Assembly: GCF_000143415.4 (NCBI RefSeq)
Contig: NW_003314317.1
Span: forward strand, 809,533-873,532
Source of the DNA: Selaginella moellendorffii
Lineage: Eukaryota > Plantae > Lycopodiophyta
Direction: 5' to 3'
Length of the DNA stretch: 64,000 nt
The stretch's first letter is position 1. Every line of letters starts with the position of its first letter. The position numbers and the translations under genes were made by a program. The notes below the pieces were generated by a model. It searched no databases. It saw nothing but the letters and a program-made list of their open reading frames with translations, and was not told the origin of the DNA. Below are positions 23,050 to 35,546 of this stretch, in pieces.

Positions 23050-25150
23050 CAAATTTTTAATTTTATTATTGGTTAAGTTTTATTTAATAAATAAATAAAA
23101 ATAAAAATAACTATATATTTACAAATAATAAGGATCTTCTAGTCTACAACTGGTTCTTACAACTCTACCATTTATATAAAAAGTTTAATGCTTACAAACA
23201 TATCTATTTATTCCTATGACTTGTTGACCATGTCCCTGAGGGCAACCCCCATTTAATGGTGTACATAAATCAGTCTCCTTGATTAAAAACCCATAACAAT
23301 AAGATATAAGTGTCTTTATACCCTTCACTTTACCTTAGTAGAAGATTGAAACTTGAATTTAGCTTTGCTTTACTAGGGGGTTGGGATTTAAACCCAACCT
23401 CTGTAGATTATGTTTATGGATTTGACATCCCTTTAGGGAGCTGGGTGTAGCTCTTTATGCATTATCGACCTAGCTAAACTTATATTAATTAGTTTACCTT
23501 TAATGCACCTTCGGGTCCTAATATATGACATTCCTCAATTTCATAAATGGATGCTTTAATTGAACTTTGCATAAGTACATAAAATTTTACTTTGCAAAAT
23601 TCCTCTATTAGATTTTGAGTGTTTGCCAGGTTATCTTTCGATTCCTATATTACTTTGCAAAGAGGAAATCCTTTTCATTTCATATGAAATTCTTTCACCT
23701 CACATCCTTGTTGTTTACTCTTGTATGCATTGAGGATGGCTTTAACTTTGTATTTCTCCTCCCTTTAAATAACCTTGGATAAAGGTCTTATTTAGTTTTT
23801 GTGAAGCAGATCCTTAAAGTACGGCCTAAGTAAGTTCATGTGGAATATCATCTTTAGTTATGTTTGGCTAGTGATACTTTCTCTTGAGTAAGCCCATTGT
23901 TTTAGGCATTCCACTGTGTTTTATAAAAGGTCCATCATGACACTTTTTTAATGTTACCTTCTTTAATTCCTATGGAATATACACCCTCATTTACTTATAA
24001 TAAATGAGTCTATTGTATTTCATATAACCCATTTTCTCTTCTTTAAGTAACTTGACTCTTTAGTGGGCATCCTATGCCTTTTAGTTCCTTAATAACACTT
24101 CCTATGCTAGACCATCATCCTCATATGTGTAAACAACTAATGAAAACAATTTAGGAGATGATCCATGGAGTTCAAGTATAAAGGGAAAGGGCTTATAAAT
24201 AAGAGGGTTAAGGGTCTTAAGATATACATTCTTGGGTTTGCTATGTTGAGTGACTTCCCGGGAAGTCCAAACTCAGAAACTTACATTGGGTTTTAAGTTC
24301 AACTTTGTTAGTTAGTTAAAGAAATCACACCATATATTAATTGATATCTGGCAGGTTTAGTTTACTTTGGCTAAGTTCAACCCAAAGGGTAAAGTGTCAA
24401 GAGAGTGGGGCTTTTGGGAGAGCTACAACTCTTAACTTCCATTCACGAAAGCATAAACTTGTAGGGAAGCGTCATAGATTATAATCAATCAAAAACAATA
24501 ATTTAAAAGACAATCCATGGAATTCAAATATAAAGGGAAAGGGCCTATGAATAAAAGTGCACCCCCTTTTTCAATCAGTTAATAGTTTTGGGATATTTGG
24601 AGTTAAATGTCTTTAGGTTTGAATAGTACTGGTTGAGTGACCTCCAACCCAATCCAAACTTAGGGGTTTACAATACATTGTTTGCACATTATCCCAAAAA
24701 ATTGTTGTTACATTGAATATTGCTAATTTTAAGCTTGCTTTTTGACTTAGAGCATCTGCCACAATATTGCTTTTCTCATGTTTATATAGAATTTCACAAT
24801 TGAACTCAACTAAAGTATTGGCCCACTAACCTTGTTTTCCTCAGAAGTTAAAAAGCTATGATAAAAAGTGTTTTGTTGCCACATTATCCATATATGCTTT
24901 GAAGTGCCTCACAAAGTAATATCACTACTTTAAACACAAAAATATTGTCTTAGTTCCGAGTTGTCCTCTTGTGAACATCAAATTCAAGTAGGAGTATTTA
25001 ACTTTACATTGCTTTACCTTTAGATCTTGGACCACTAGTCTTCAATCTCTTGAAGACTAGTGGGGGGTCTTAGTTCATACTTGGGAACTATTTGAAGGAA
25101 CTTTTTCTTATAATGCTGGGACATAAAACAACACACCAAATGAATCCAGA
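23050..25150. mobile_element. Decayed LTR-retrotransposon sequence including a dispersed LTR-like repeat (also ~56150-56330, 58140-58300, 59680-59870)
   Basis: Shared blocks ATCCATGGA.TTCAA.TATAAAGGGAAAGGGC and TTGAGTGAC...TCCAAACTCA...GTGTCAAGAGAG recur. Confidence 0.6.
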
Positions 25151-25795
25151 TGAGTAAAGACAACATTTTTTGTTTTTCACAGTTTATAATTTATATTATT
25201 GCTGAACTCATGCACCAGCACACGTCCACACGTTGCTATAGACTTCACTGCCACTAAAAAAAAATAAAAAATCCAAATAAATAGTTGGATCTTGACAATC
25301 TTTAGAAGAGAAGTGTATGTTTCATTTCATTTTCGATTGAGAGAGGGGTGTTTTATATACGTGGTTGGTGTATGTAGTTGCTAGACTGTCTTGGGAAAGA
25401 GATCAGATTCGTTGAAAATTTTGTCTCCACTACTGCGTCATATTTCCATCTTGTTGCTTATCCAAGTACCACGTCAAGACTAAGATGGCAGTGTCCACAA
25501 CTTTTGACAAAAAAATATTGACTCAATATCCCATGGATAGATTGACTCGAGATTTCTTACTTGGCTTTCTTTCTTTTTAATTTTTCATGTTCTAAATTCA
25601 TTCTGGTCATTCTGGTCACTGCGAACGTTCAACAACTTTCCAGAAAAACATTAACATTTTCAGGGCATGAACACGTATATAGAGATCACAGAAGACTCAT
25701 AGGACTCCACTCATCCGCTGTCAACCCAAATTTTCATGATTCGAGATGATCCCGTGGTTCTTCGAGAGCCGAGGCTAACTAACTTTGGCGATTCT

Positions 25796-25925
25796 TCAGC
25801 GGATGCAGCGGCTGCCATTCCCCTCGCTGATATCGATGGCATCTGTTGTCATACCCGTACCAATTGCATTGCGCAGCGAAAACCATTCCAGTAACATCCT
25901 CTGTGTAGCGCTGCGCCATATCGGA
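25796..25925 (-). pseudogene. Degenerate paralog of the Trp/Cys-rich peptide
   Basis: Minus strand reads RGCYWNGFRC / CNWYGYDNRCHRYQRG / NGSRCIR* across frameshifts, parallel to CQSGWYWYDNSCHRCQRG..NNRCWRN*. Confidence 0.7.
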
Positions 25926-26278
25926 TTGATCGCTTGACAAGAGTTGATTGGAGCATCACAACCAGGCCTAGGCACACCTAGCGGTGGGAGTGGAGGTCGG
26001 GGGGATCACAAGGCACCAATGGATTGATTGAAAGTCGAGGGATTTGGAGAAGAGAGGAGGAGGAGCAAGAGAGATTCAGATATTTTATATCAAGGCCTGG
26101 ACAATTTATATATTATTGCTGGAACTCATGCAATGCCATCCAGCATCGCATGATACATAAAACACGTTATCAGTGTCTTTATTCTTGTTTCCAGACCTTT
26201 GGCACTGCAGAATGATGAAATCAAAGGCAATTATGATGCTGATTCTTAACTTGGGCTTACCCCGTGAAACAAGAGGTT

Positions 26279-26476
26279 TCAGTTGCGCCAGCAGCGATTG
26301 TTGCGCCAGCTCCAACCCCTCTGGCAACGGTGGCAACTATTGTCATACCAATACCACCCCGACTGGCAGCGCTGGGCAGCAGCCTTTGTGATTCCTCCCA
26401 CGTCCACGCCCATGGCCAGCATCATCACAAACATGGCGAGCGCCAAAAACAACACGAAGAAAGCCTTGTTCTCCAT
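26279..26476 (-). CDS. Small secreted Cys/Trp/Arg-rich peptide precursor (65 aa)
   Basis: Hydrophobic signal peptide MENKAFFVLFLALAMFVMMLAMG; C-terminal tandem C-Q-x-G-W-x-W-x4-C repeats; TATAAATA ~65 bp upstream on the minus strand. Confidence 0.8.
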   Translation of the reverse strand: MENKAFFVLFLALAMFVMMLAMGVDVGGITKAAAQRCQSGWYWYDNSCHRCQRGWSWRNNRCWRN

Positions 26477-28299
26477 GATTTGCTGACAGACTAAGAGAAG
26501 AGAGAAGTGGTTGATCTGTGAGGCAGGAGGGGCTCATATTTATAGCTCGAGACAGCACACAATGCTTAATGGAGTCTACAGAGTTGTCTTGGGATGGTAG
26601 TCCTTATCTTGTAGTAGAGCTCCGTGTTTGGGAATTTCTTCTCTTTTCTATACTGCTGGGATCCACATAATATCTTATGCGCTCTCCAACCCTTCAAATG
26701 AAGTTTTGATTTGTTTATCCAAAGTCAGTCACTTTAGCTCGCCATTCCTCTTCTACCGTTTCATACTACAAGGTTGGAGATAGAGAAAGCCAAGGAATTT
26801 AGCTCGAAAGATCCTAGTGTTTGAAAGCGACACGTGTTCTTGTAAGCCTTGGCCTGTGAGTTGTTGGTGGTATTCCACTCTCTCAGTTATGTTGTTTCTT
26901 TGTCTCCATGCTCTCTCAGTCATCCGTCCATGGAACATTTCTTGTGAAACCATGCTGTTCTCAAAACGTAAACAAGTAAGTGCCCAGCAAATGTTGAACG
27001 GTTGGCTAACGTAGATTTGGTAGAGAGTGGACATCTAATTCTGGTTAGCTGATTAGACTAGCTAGAAGTGCATGCATATGGCTATGACTGAATCTCAGTG
27101 ATTAGCTAGTAGATATGATAGGAGAAAGCTTCTATTTCTCAGCACCACCAACAGTGGCAGCAACAGCATGAGCATGCCTATCATGCCTCTTCTTCATGGC
27201 AGTCCATTCCAGTTTTGCCCCCAATTACTTGCCCAATTCCAACAGCAATGCAGCAACACTATTACACCCCTCTTCTGGTGCAACCAAACATTGCCTCTCC
27301 CTATACCCTGCAATGCATGGCTGAGGCCAAAGCATATGATGTGGCATGGTGATTTTGATGATACTAGGCCTGATCCATCACCTACAGCTCATTCCGGGCC
27401 GGAAATGCCATAATCACCAAGCAGAGAGATTGCAGTAGCGCAATGCCACCAAGTGGATGGTTATGCCTAAGCTCTGAGCCCACCTCCTCCGCCCTCTTCG
27501 CATTGTCACAAGACACTGTTTTGTAGCTTTTGCACGTCATTAGGGTATTGGGAGAGTGATGATTTTGTTCTCACAAAGTTGCTGATAGTGCAACTCTTCA
27601 CTAGAGAATGCTTAAGTCTTCAAGAAGCAGAGAAGGAGAACAGAGAACGTGCTGACCTATATTGGCAACCCTCACCAAGGCATTTGGCAAAACCAGCACA
27701 TGTTTGCCAGCAAGTGATGCTCCACGTTTTCTTAAGGCATCATGATGTCTTTTGTAACACTATGGTAGAGGCCATGTGCATATCCCACCACCTGCTATGA
27801 GAGATGGCCAAATTTCCACAATTTGTATGCAACTTATGAATTGTGAGCTTTTTGCCACTATCTGGAAAACCAGGAAACATCTTTGATTTTGAGGCCCTCT
27901 TTCTCCTGGCAAATAGTGGTCTACACTCAATGGGGGCATGTGACAATGCCTAGTGTGCTTGGAGTGACCTCTAGGCATCTACCAGCTTTGGCCTCCAAAG
28001 AAAATGTTGCTGCCATATGGCATGTCATGTAACAACACAACACCAACTGGCTCATCCAAGCTATTGAAGGCTGCTTGACTGCTAGAAGCTTGGAGAATTA
28101 GAGGCATAGTTTCAGCAATTACTTACTCTAGGCATTTGATAGGAATTATGTGAGTTTTTTCTGGAATGGCATTTATGTATCCAAACTTTAGCAGGAACTG
28201 TAGCAAAGCTTGTCTAGAAGTATAAGGCAAGGAACTGGTTGCTTACCAGAAAGGGGTCCGGGCAAATCATGTGGTGCAATCAGCTGAGCTAGTCTTTGC

Positions 28300-30450
28300 C
28301 TTTTATCCTTTGTTATGAGATTTAGGAGCTACTACAATATGTGTTAGAACCTTGACACTTCTTACACAATACATCATGTTCTTTAGAACTCAAGTACACA
28401 CCTAGCTCCACCCTTTTCACGTTGACTTAGTATACTCGAGCAAAAGCCTTCCCTTTTGATCTAATAAATTTAGAACATTAAAAGTGTTTTAAATGAATCC
28501 AAAACTTAGAGCCAAAAGTGGCTAGTATATAAACCTGCATACCAAGCTGAAAAATGCTCTTTGGATCAAGCTTTCATAGAATTCTTGGGCTATATTGTCT
28601 TGGATCCTTCCAAGGTTCACATTGTAGTTTATTGGAAGCAACTATCAAGTGTTTATGATATCCAATGCTTCTTGGGCTTTGTAAGTTTTTATCAATGACT
28701 CATTTGTGACTTCACTCTTCCTTTGGTAAATTTCACTTTTAAATTATGTTTAGATAGCTGAGACAAATCTCTACTTTCAAATTCGCACATATTCTATTGC
28801 ATTTGGATAACAACAAATTATATTTTAGAATGTTGTCTATGCATAACTAGCCTTTTTGAATATGTTCGTGCTTGTCCATATTTCCATTTTTTGTGCTTGG
28901 GGTGTTATTTTTATGTTAGACAAGTATATAACTTGATGATATGAGCATAGTGTTTAGGTTTTGTGAAGGTAAATTGAAGAGTGATTATTAGTTGCTTTGT
29001 GATTAGTGATTGTTTGTAGACCTCATCAAAGACTATTAACACTTGCTTCACTTGATAATGATTTAGCAATGATAAACTTACTTTGTCGGATGGTATTGCA
29101 AAGGATTGTGTCATTGTCCTTACATGGTTTTTTCCAAGTTAGCATATTGATTCCATCTCTGACGATTTCATTTGGTTGCATTTAGTCTAGTGATTCATTC
29201 TTTGATAATATGTTATCTATAGCTGAGTATTGTTGAAGGTTTGGTCTCAAATACTAAATAAAGTATTTTTGATTTCGGTTAGCTTGGTTGTTTGAGAGTG
29301 TTGAGTGGTGATTCACTCTTACTTTCTTTTAGCTTTGTTTTAGTGTTGATGATGTTGAAATGATGCCTTGCTATTGACATTATTGAAGTTAATATTGAAG
29401 TGAGATGGAATGTTTTTCTATAGAATTAATATTAAATTTCATTAGTTTTGATGTAGATAATGTTGAAGATTTTAGTTATAGCTTTTTGTTATTGGCAACT
29501 CAACTCATTTGAACACTAATATAGTTGCTAACTAATAAATGTATAAAGACAATTTAAGTTAGTCATGTTCTAGACAAAATTGTTTAGTAGGGGTTGAATT
29601 ATAGATTATACTAGCTTTAGAGAGGAAGAGTTAGTGATCGATATAAGAGTGATTGAATCCTTATTGAATTTGAATTAAGATTATATTGATCATTGATGAT
29701 TCTTATTGCATTTGTTATTCAAAAAGAATTCATAGAGGATTATTTAATAATCAGTTGTTGAGTATAGTTTTGTTATATTTGGCTTTTTGGTTGATGCAGA
29801 CATGCTCTTCATTAACTTTTGCATTATAAAGTTTAGCATTTGGAGATGTTGAAGAGGATGTTGTGAGTTATATTATAATTTCTTTTTTGGTATTGATATT
29901 AGTTCATGCAAGATTTGTGATCATTATTAGGTAAGACATAGCTATAATCTTCTTTAAGCTTTTGGTTCTTTGAATTTTATGTTCATTGTTTCATTTGTTA
30001 AGAGTTGTTAGGGAAGGCATTTTAGCTCATTCGCTTTGATGTTTAAATTGGTATTTACAATCATTGGTGGTAGTTGATTATTATCTCTCTCTCTCGATGT
30101 TTTGTATTCTGTTTTAAAAGGGTGTGACCATGTAAACAACTTTAACTGCCTATTTACAATAGTCAATCTAAACCTTACTGATGGGTTTAATTTTTTTGTT
30201 CATAAGGGTTGTGATTTGTAAATAGGGGCATATCATCTTTTATAAGCTGGATGATATCTAGAGTAACAAAGGTGGGTGACTCTGTTGGTCATTTTTTTAT
30301 CAGTGATGGCTAAAAGGTGTTTGAGTTGGTAATGCATTTGCATTAAACAAAGAAGTTACCCTCTAACTCATTTAAGTTGGCACATTTCTCACAAAGTGTG
30401 AATATCTTGAATTTTTTCTAAAGTTGCAATAGTCTAGACTAGAGTAAATA
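28300..30450 (+). mobile_element. Decayed Ty3/gypsy internal sequence
   Basis: ~28655-28710 reads DIQCFLGFVSFYQ (cf. DVRSFLGFANFYR); the rest is AT-rich and stop-riddled. Confidence 0.5.
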
Positions 30451-30487
30451 TTAACAAGGATGTCAATCTTCCCTAAGAGGGGGAGAG

Positions 30488-31725
30488 TGTTGCAAACATA
30501 ATTATAGGTATTGAAAGATATTCATTGGCAAATCTTTTCAAATATTCTTTTCTTACTACCAAGATGGCATGAAGTTAATATTGCTAGACCTTTTATCAAT
30601 TCCCCTTATACTAGTGGAGTTAACTAGGCATTTTAAGTGTTAGATTTCCTATATATTATTAGCTAAGCAACTAGTCTAGAAGCAAGAATGAAGTAAGCAC
30701 CCAATGCAAAGTGCTCCATGGCATTAACATCTTGCAAACTTATCTAGCATAGTAAAGAGTTCTTGTCTTATTGTGTTTTGCACTGGCTAGTGAAAAAAAC
30801 CCTTATGTATTATGACTAATCCTTTAATATTGCTAAATGATATTTTACCGTGTTTGCTAAACACTTTTGCTATTAGGCCTCTTATTCTGGTCCTATTGGC
30901 TACTTATGGAAAGTGTTTAAATCTGTTAATTGGGCATATCTACAAAATTTAGAGATTGTCCTTAGTACAATGGTGTTGTTTTTACTTAAACTTCATAATG
31001 CCAAAGCTAGTGAAGAGCATGTTTGCATCAATACAAAAACTAAGCATAATGAAGTTATGCTTAACAAGTGATCATTTAATTGATCCTTCACCAGATTCGC
31101 AATATAACATGATTCTGTATTTAATAAGTTTTTGTGATTGTCTCAAAGACTAACTCCTAAGACTAAGGTGAAAGCCCAAAACATGTGTTCCTCTAGAGGA
31201 GGGGGTTTGGGGGTTTCAAATATATAGTAAGGATAATGAGTAGGTTGAGCAATAGTTGACCAACTTAAGGTATAATCAAGCTCCCATTTGCATATCTATG
31301 CTTGTTTTGTGTTTAATTTGGGTTTAAGCCCAAGCTCTATACTATGCTAGTTGGTGAAGTACTTATATCCTCACATTAAACCACTAGTATATTGAGATAG
31401 CACTAAACTTTGTTTGGCTTTGCTTTATGTATTGGTCTTGGAGTTGGGATGTTAAATGTTATGACTGTTTTTATATCATTTAGTATTCCTATCCTTTTGC
31501 TCCTTAGGTTGTACACTTGATAGTTGTTTTATGCTTCAGTTGCTTACACTTGGCTATATGCTTAGGAGTTTGACTCTGTCCTTTCATTTAGTGGCCCAAG
31601 GCCTTGAACTTGGGTTCAGCTCTACTACCCTTAATCCCTTAGTTCACATGTCCAAAGGTTTACATTTTGCTTTATGATTATCCTTTAGTAAATCACTATA
31701 GGGAAAACTATATGCACTAAACATG
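30488..31725 (+). mobile_element. Older copy of the LTR family seen at 33913-35045
   Basis: Colinear blocks (TATGGAAAGTGT, GACTAACTCCT, GGTGAAAGCC, GTAAATCAC.ATAGG..TGCACTA). Confidence 0.75.
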
Positions 31726-31779
31726 CCATTACACTCCTACTATAGGTCATTTTTAGATAGGTAAAACTATTGATCTTGC

Positions 31780-32520
31780 TTAACATTTATTTTAGTGTTA
31801 ATACATGGAGGAGTTTATCCATACTTATAATGATATCTATCAACAAAGAAAAGTGCCTCAACTTGCTTTTATAGGTGTTCTTCAACCACTCTCTTTAGCT
31901 CTAGGGCTTTGATAATTTATTTTAACAAATTTGCCACCATTTTGCAAGGTAATAAATGTGTTATTTTAGAGAAATAGTCCACAAACATTAGTAAAACATT
32001 AAATCCTTTAAAAAAGTTTTACAAAAGTAGATTTCACAAACTTTATTTTTGTCTACATAAACTACCTAATGATTTTATGAACAATCGAGAACCATATTTC
32101 ATCTCCAGCTTTTGGCAATAACTACTTCAATTACTCTACAATAGAAGTAAGATTTTCACCTCCCATCACTTTCAAATAGATAGATAATTAGAATGTGCAA
32201 CTAGACATTAGAATAATATCTTCATTGTTCATCTTTCATCAATAGAATGATTGGGTTGACTTCATTTTGCAAAATTCGGCTACAACTCCCAACATAAATT
32301 CACAAAACACTCAACATTTTGTGGTTTGCATCCTCAATAGTCTTATTCTTTTCCTACATCTCCTAAATCCATTTCTAATGATTTAGTGTAGCTCAATATA
32401 CTTTATGATGAAATTCATCCCTATCCCTAAAAACTTACTGATAACATATTGATAAATTTTAACTCCTAACACCTAATTTTAGCATTGGGTCTAAGGTTTA
32501 GCTCCTTCATGATCATCATA
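31780..32520 (+). mobile_element. Ty3/gypsy integrase remnant
   Basis: NREPYFISSFWQ*LLQLL..IFTSHHFQIDR*LE resembles SDRDPRFTSxFW..STAYHPQTDGQxE. Confidence 0.7.
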
Positions 32521-33912
32521 ATAATTCTTGACTGAAGAACTCATTAAATGCTTGTGAGATTTTTGCTTTAGACTGATCAATGACCCTCTCTCTCTCTCTC
32601 CTCATAATGATCAAGATGAAACTTAACTACATAATCCTTTAATACATATCCATAATAACAGTCACAATTAGCTATAATAGAGGAAAAATATCTTCACTAG
32701 GTTGTGAGCAAACCAAAATGCTCAAAGAGCAAGTGGAAAGCTAAGGGTTAAATTAGGGCATAGGGACAAAAAGATAGTGTAGAGAGAAGAGATGATATAA
32801 GTGAGTATTAGTGTTTCCTAAAGGAATACCATCAAGGGGTTTCAGCCATTTAGATACTTGCTTTAGTATGGAAGCAAACATTCTTTTGACCTCAGAGAAG
32901 TTCTTTCTTTGGGCATATATGCCAATTATGGAGGTTAACAACCAAAGGTTCCATAATAGTATTTAACATATATCTTCTACTTCCAAAAGCTTGTAACAAC
33001 TAAGAAATCGGTATTATTCCCTTTCTTTTTCTGGAGAAGAAAAAAACAAGTTAGTATAGCCTTGTTCTATGTAAAGTTACTATAGTTATTAATTTCCTTA
33101 TGATGGAATATTTTGAAGTTGCTTTATATATATGATTATTTTCATATAATCTTTCTTTCTTTCTATATTGATACTTGTATTTCTATAAGATTATTTCTTC
33201 TTAATATGTCTTGTTTTATTATTATTTTCAGTTTTGCAAGATCTTGATTATTCTCATATTATTTCTCATGCAAATAGGTTATTAGTAAGCAGTGATTTCA
33301 AGCCTATGCTACTCTTGATATCTCACTATTACTGTTTCTAATCCTTCTAAGGTTTTTCATAAGTTAATTCTTATATCACTAAAGATTTATATATTGTATT
33401 TTATTTTGTTACTTAAATTTAAGCATTTTACTCTCTTGTATCAATCAATTCAGCTAACAAATTTGTATTTCTGATAGCTCAACACCATTGACAAAATTTC
33501 ATAAAATATTTCTCAGGTTGAGAATAAGAATCATAAACGTCACAAATGATTGATGTGCTAAGAAAAGGAAAAATTGTAAATTAAGAAGAAATACTAACAA
33601 CATGAAAAGGTGGCTCAAGCCAAAAAAATAAAAAAAAAGGTTGAAAAAGAATAAAAGGTAAAGAGAAAGAATTAGATGGTAGATTGAAAGATGTACATTA
33701 CCTCACAAAATCTCCAAAGATATCTCCATAATGATTAAGTTATTCATCACAATTTGAAATTCATTCGAGCTTGTAAACATCATCTTCTAATAAACTTGGT
33801 TCCCAAACATTCTTCAAGAACCAAACTACACCATCCATAACTTTCTAATCAATGTCACAATCATGCTTCACATCAATAAAAAATGGTAGAACATTGAAAA
33901 TAAGAAAAATTG

Positions 33913-35045
33913 TGTAATGATACCCTATTGTCGCGCATGTGACTTCGGGTATCGAAAGTTACCTATTGACCAATCCTTACGGACACTCTTACCTTACTGC
34001 CACGATGGCAGGAGGTCGGTATTGCTGGACCCTTTATCAGCCCCTCTTGTTCAAGTGTTAGTAAATTGAACTTTGCATCTGTACTTGGCCGGATGAGCAT
34101 AAGGACGGAATTCCTAAGTGTCTATTCAGCCAAGCATACTTGGCCTGGCTTTTTAGTTCTCTTTTGCTCTGTCTTGCATTGGCTTGACAAGATTGAGATT
34201 GGTCCCTCAATATCGCTACATGATAGCTTACCGTGTCTACCAAACACCCTCGCTATCATGTTAGTCTCATTTCGGTCCCAAATGCTATTTATGGAAAGTG
34301 TCTAGATTAGCTCATTTGGCATATCTATGGAATGTAGAGATCGGCCTGAAACACATGGATGTCATCCCGTGTCCAAATCACAATCTAGTGCCCATCCCAT
34401 AATTATAAGTTTTGAGCTTGTCCAAGAGACTAACTCCTGATACTAAAGGAGGCTTGGGGTGAAAGCCTAAAGCGTGTGTTCCTCAAAGGGGTGGGGGGGG
34501 GGTTATGGGGGGTGGTTCCAAATGTATAGTAGGGATAATGGGTAGGTCGGGCATGGCTGACCAGCCTGAGGCATAGTCTAGCTCCCACTTGCGTGCCTGT
34601 CCTTGTTCTGCGTCTGGCTTAGGTCTAAGCCCAAGTTCCATTCCATGCTAGCTGGTGGAGTACCCATGTCCTCGCGTTAGGCCACCAGTATGCCGAAATA
34701 GCACCAAACTCTGTTTGGCTCCGTTTTGCATGTTGATCCTGGCATTGGGATGCTGGTTACTCTAGGACTGTTCCAAGTCGCTCCGGGCCCCTGTCCCTTT
34801 GCTCCTTGGGCTTTATGCTCGGGAGTTGCTCCGTGGTTCGGTTCCATCACTCCTTGGCTCCATGCTTGGGAGTTTGGCACTGTTCCTTCATTCAGTGGCC
34901 CAAGGGAACCTCGGGTTCCTATGGACACGTGGCATGTGACACGTGGCATCTGTCACGTGGCACAAAAAGGGTTTAGGTTCCGCTTCGTGGTGTTATCCTA
35001 TGGTAAATCACCATAGGATAAAGGGTCAAAACCACGTGCACTACA
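33913..35045 (+). mobile_element. Relatively young LTR copy (~1.13 kb, solo-LTR-like)
   Basis: TGTAAT...CACTACA termini; higher GC than flanks; related copies at 30.5-31.7, 56.9-57.9 (inverted) and 59.5-60.2 kb; no TSD seen. Confidence 0.75.
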
Positions 35046-35507
35046 CCTATAAAAATTGAAGATGGCAAAACATTAAAGATGGGTGCAACACTAGTATAAT
35101 CACGCTCTACAACATTAAAAACTCAATCCTATGGAGTAGCATTAGCAATCTCAAGTGACATACTCTTTCATCGATGATGGGGTGGTATGGTGGAACAAGA
35201 GAATATAATAAAGATTAAAAAAATAGCAAATTTAAGCACAATAATAATTGAAATTCTAATCTTGCAAAAACCTAATATAGATATAGATTCAAAAGAGAAT
35301 GAATAAATAGTTACAAAGCATAATCTCAAACACTAAAGCAAAGCACTACCAAAAAGCTTTGAGTGTTATATATACGAAAATAGGTATATTATTTGGGGTT
35401 ATATTTGGACTGTCGTAAACCCTTGCTTATATACAAAAATGGATTAATTAAATTCAATCTTAAATGGACAATCTATATGCTATAATACTTTTATTATTTA
35501 GGCAAGG

Positions 35508-35508
<1 letters not shown>

Positions 35509-35543
<35 letters not shown>
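35509..35543. repeat. (TA)n microsatellite
   Basis: TATATA run. Confidence 0.95.

Positions 35544-35546
<3 letters not shown>

Noticed and set aside
26750-28300. Moderately GC-rich stretch with short ORFs
   Set aside because: No identifiable motifs; probably decayed pseudogene or TE
30488-35045. Full-length LTR element between the two co-oriented LTR copies
   Set aside because: Copies differ greatly in decay, no TSD/PBS seen, and the internal part has only an integrase remnant
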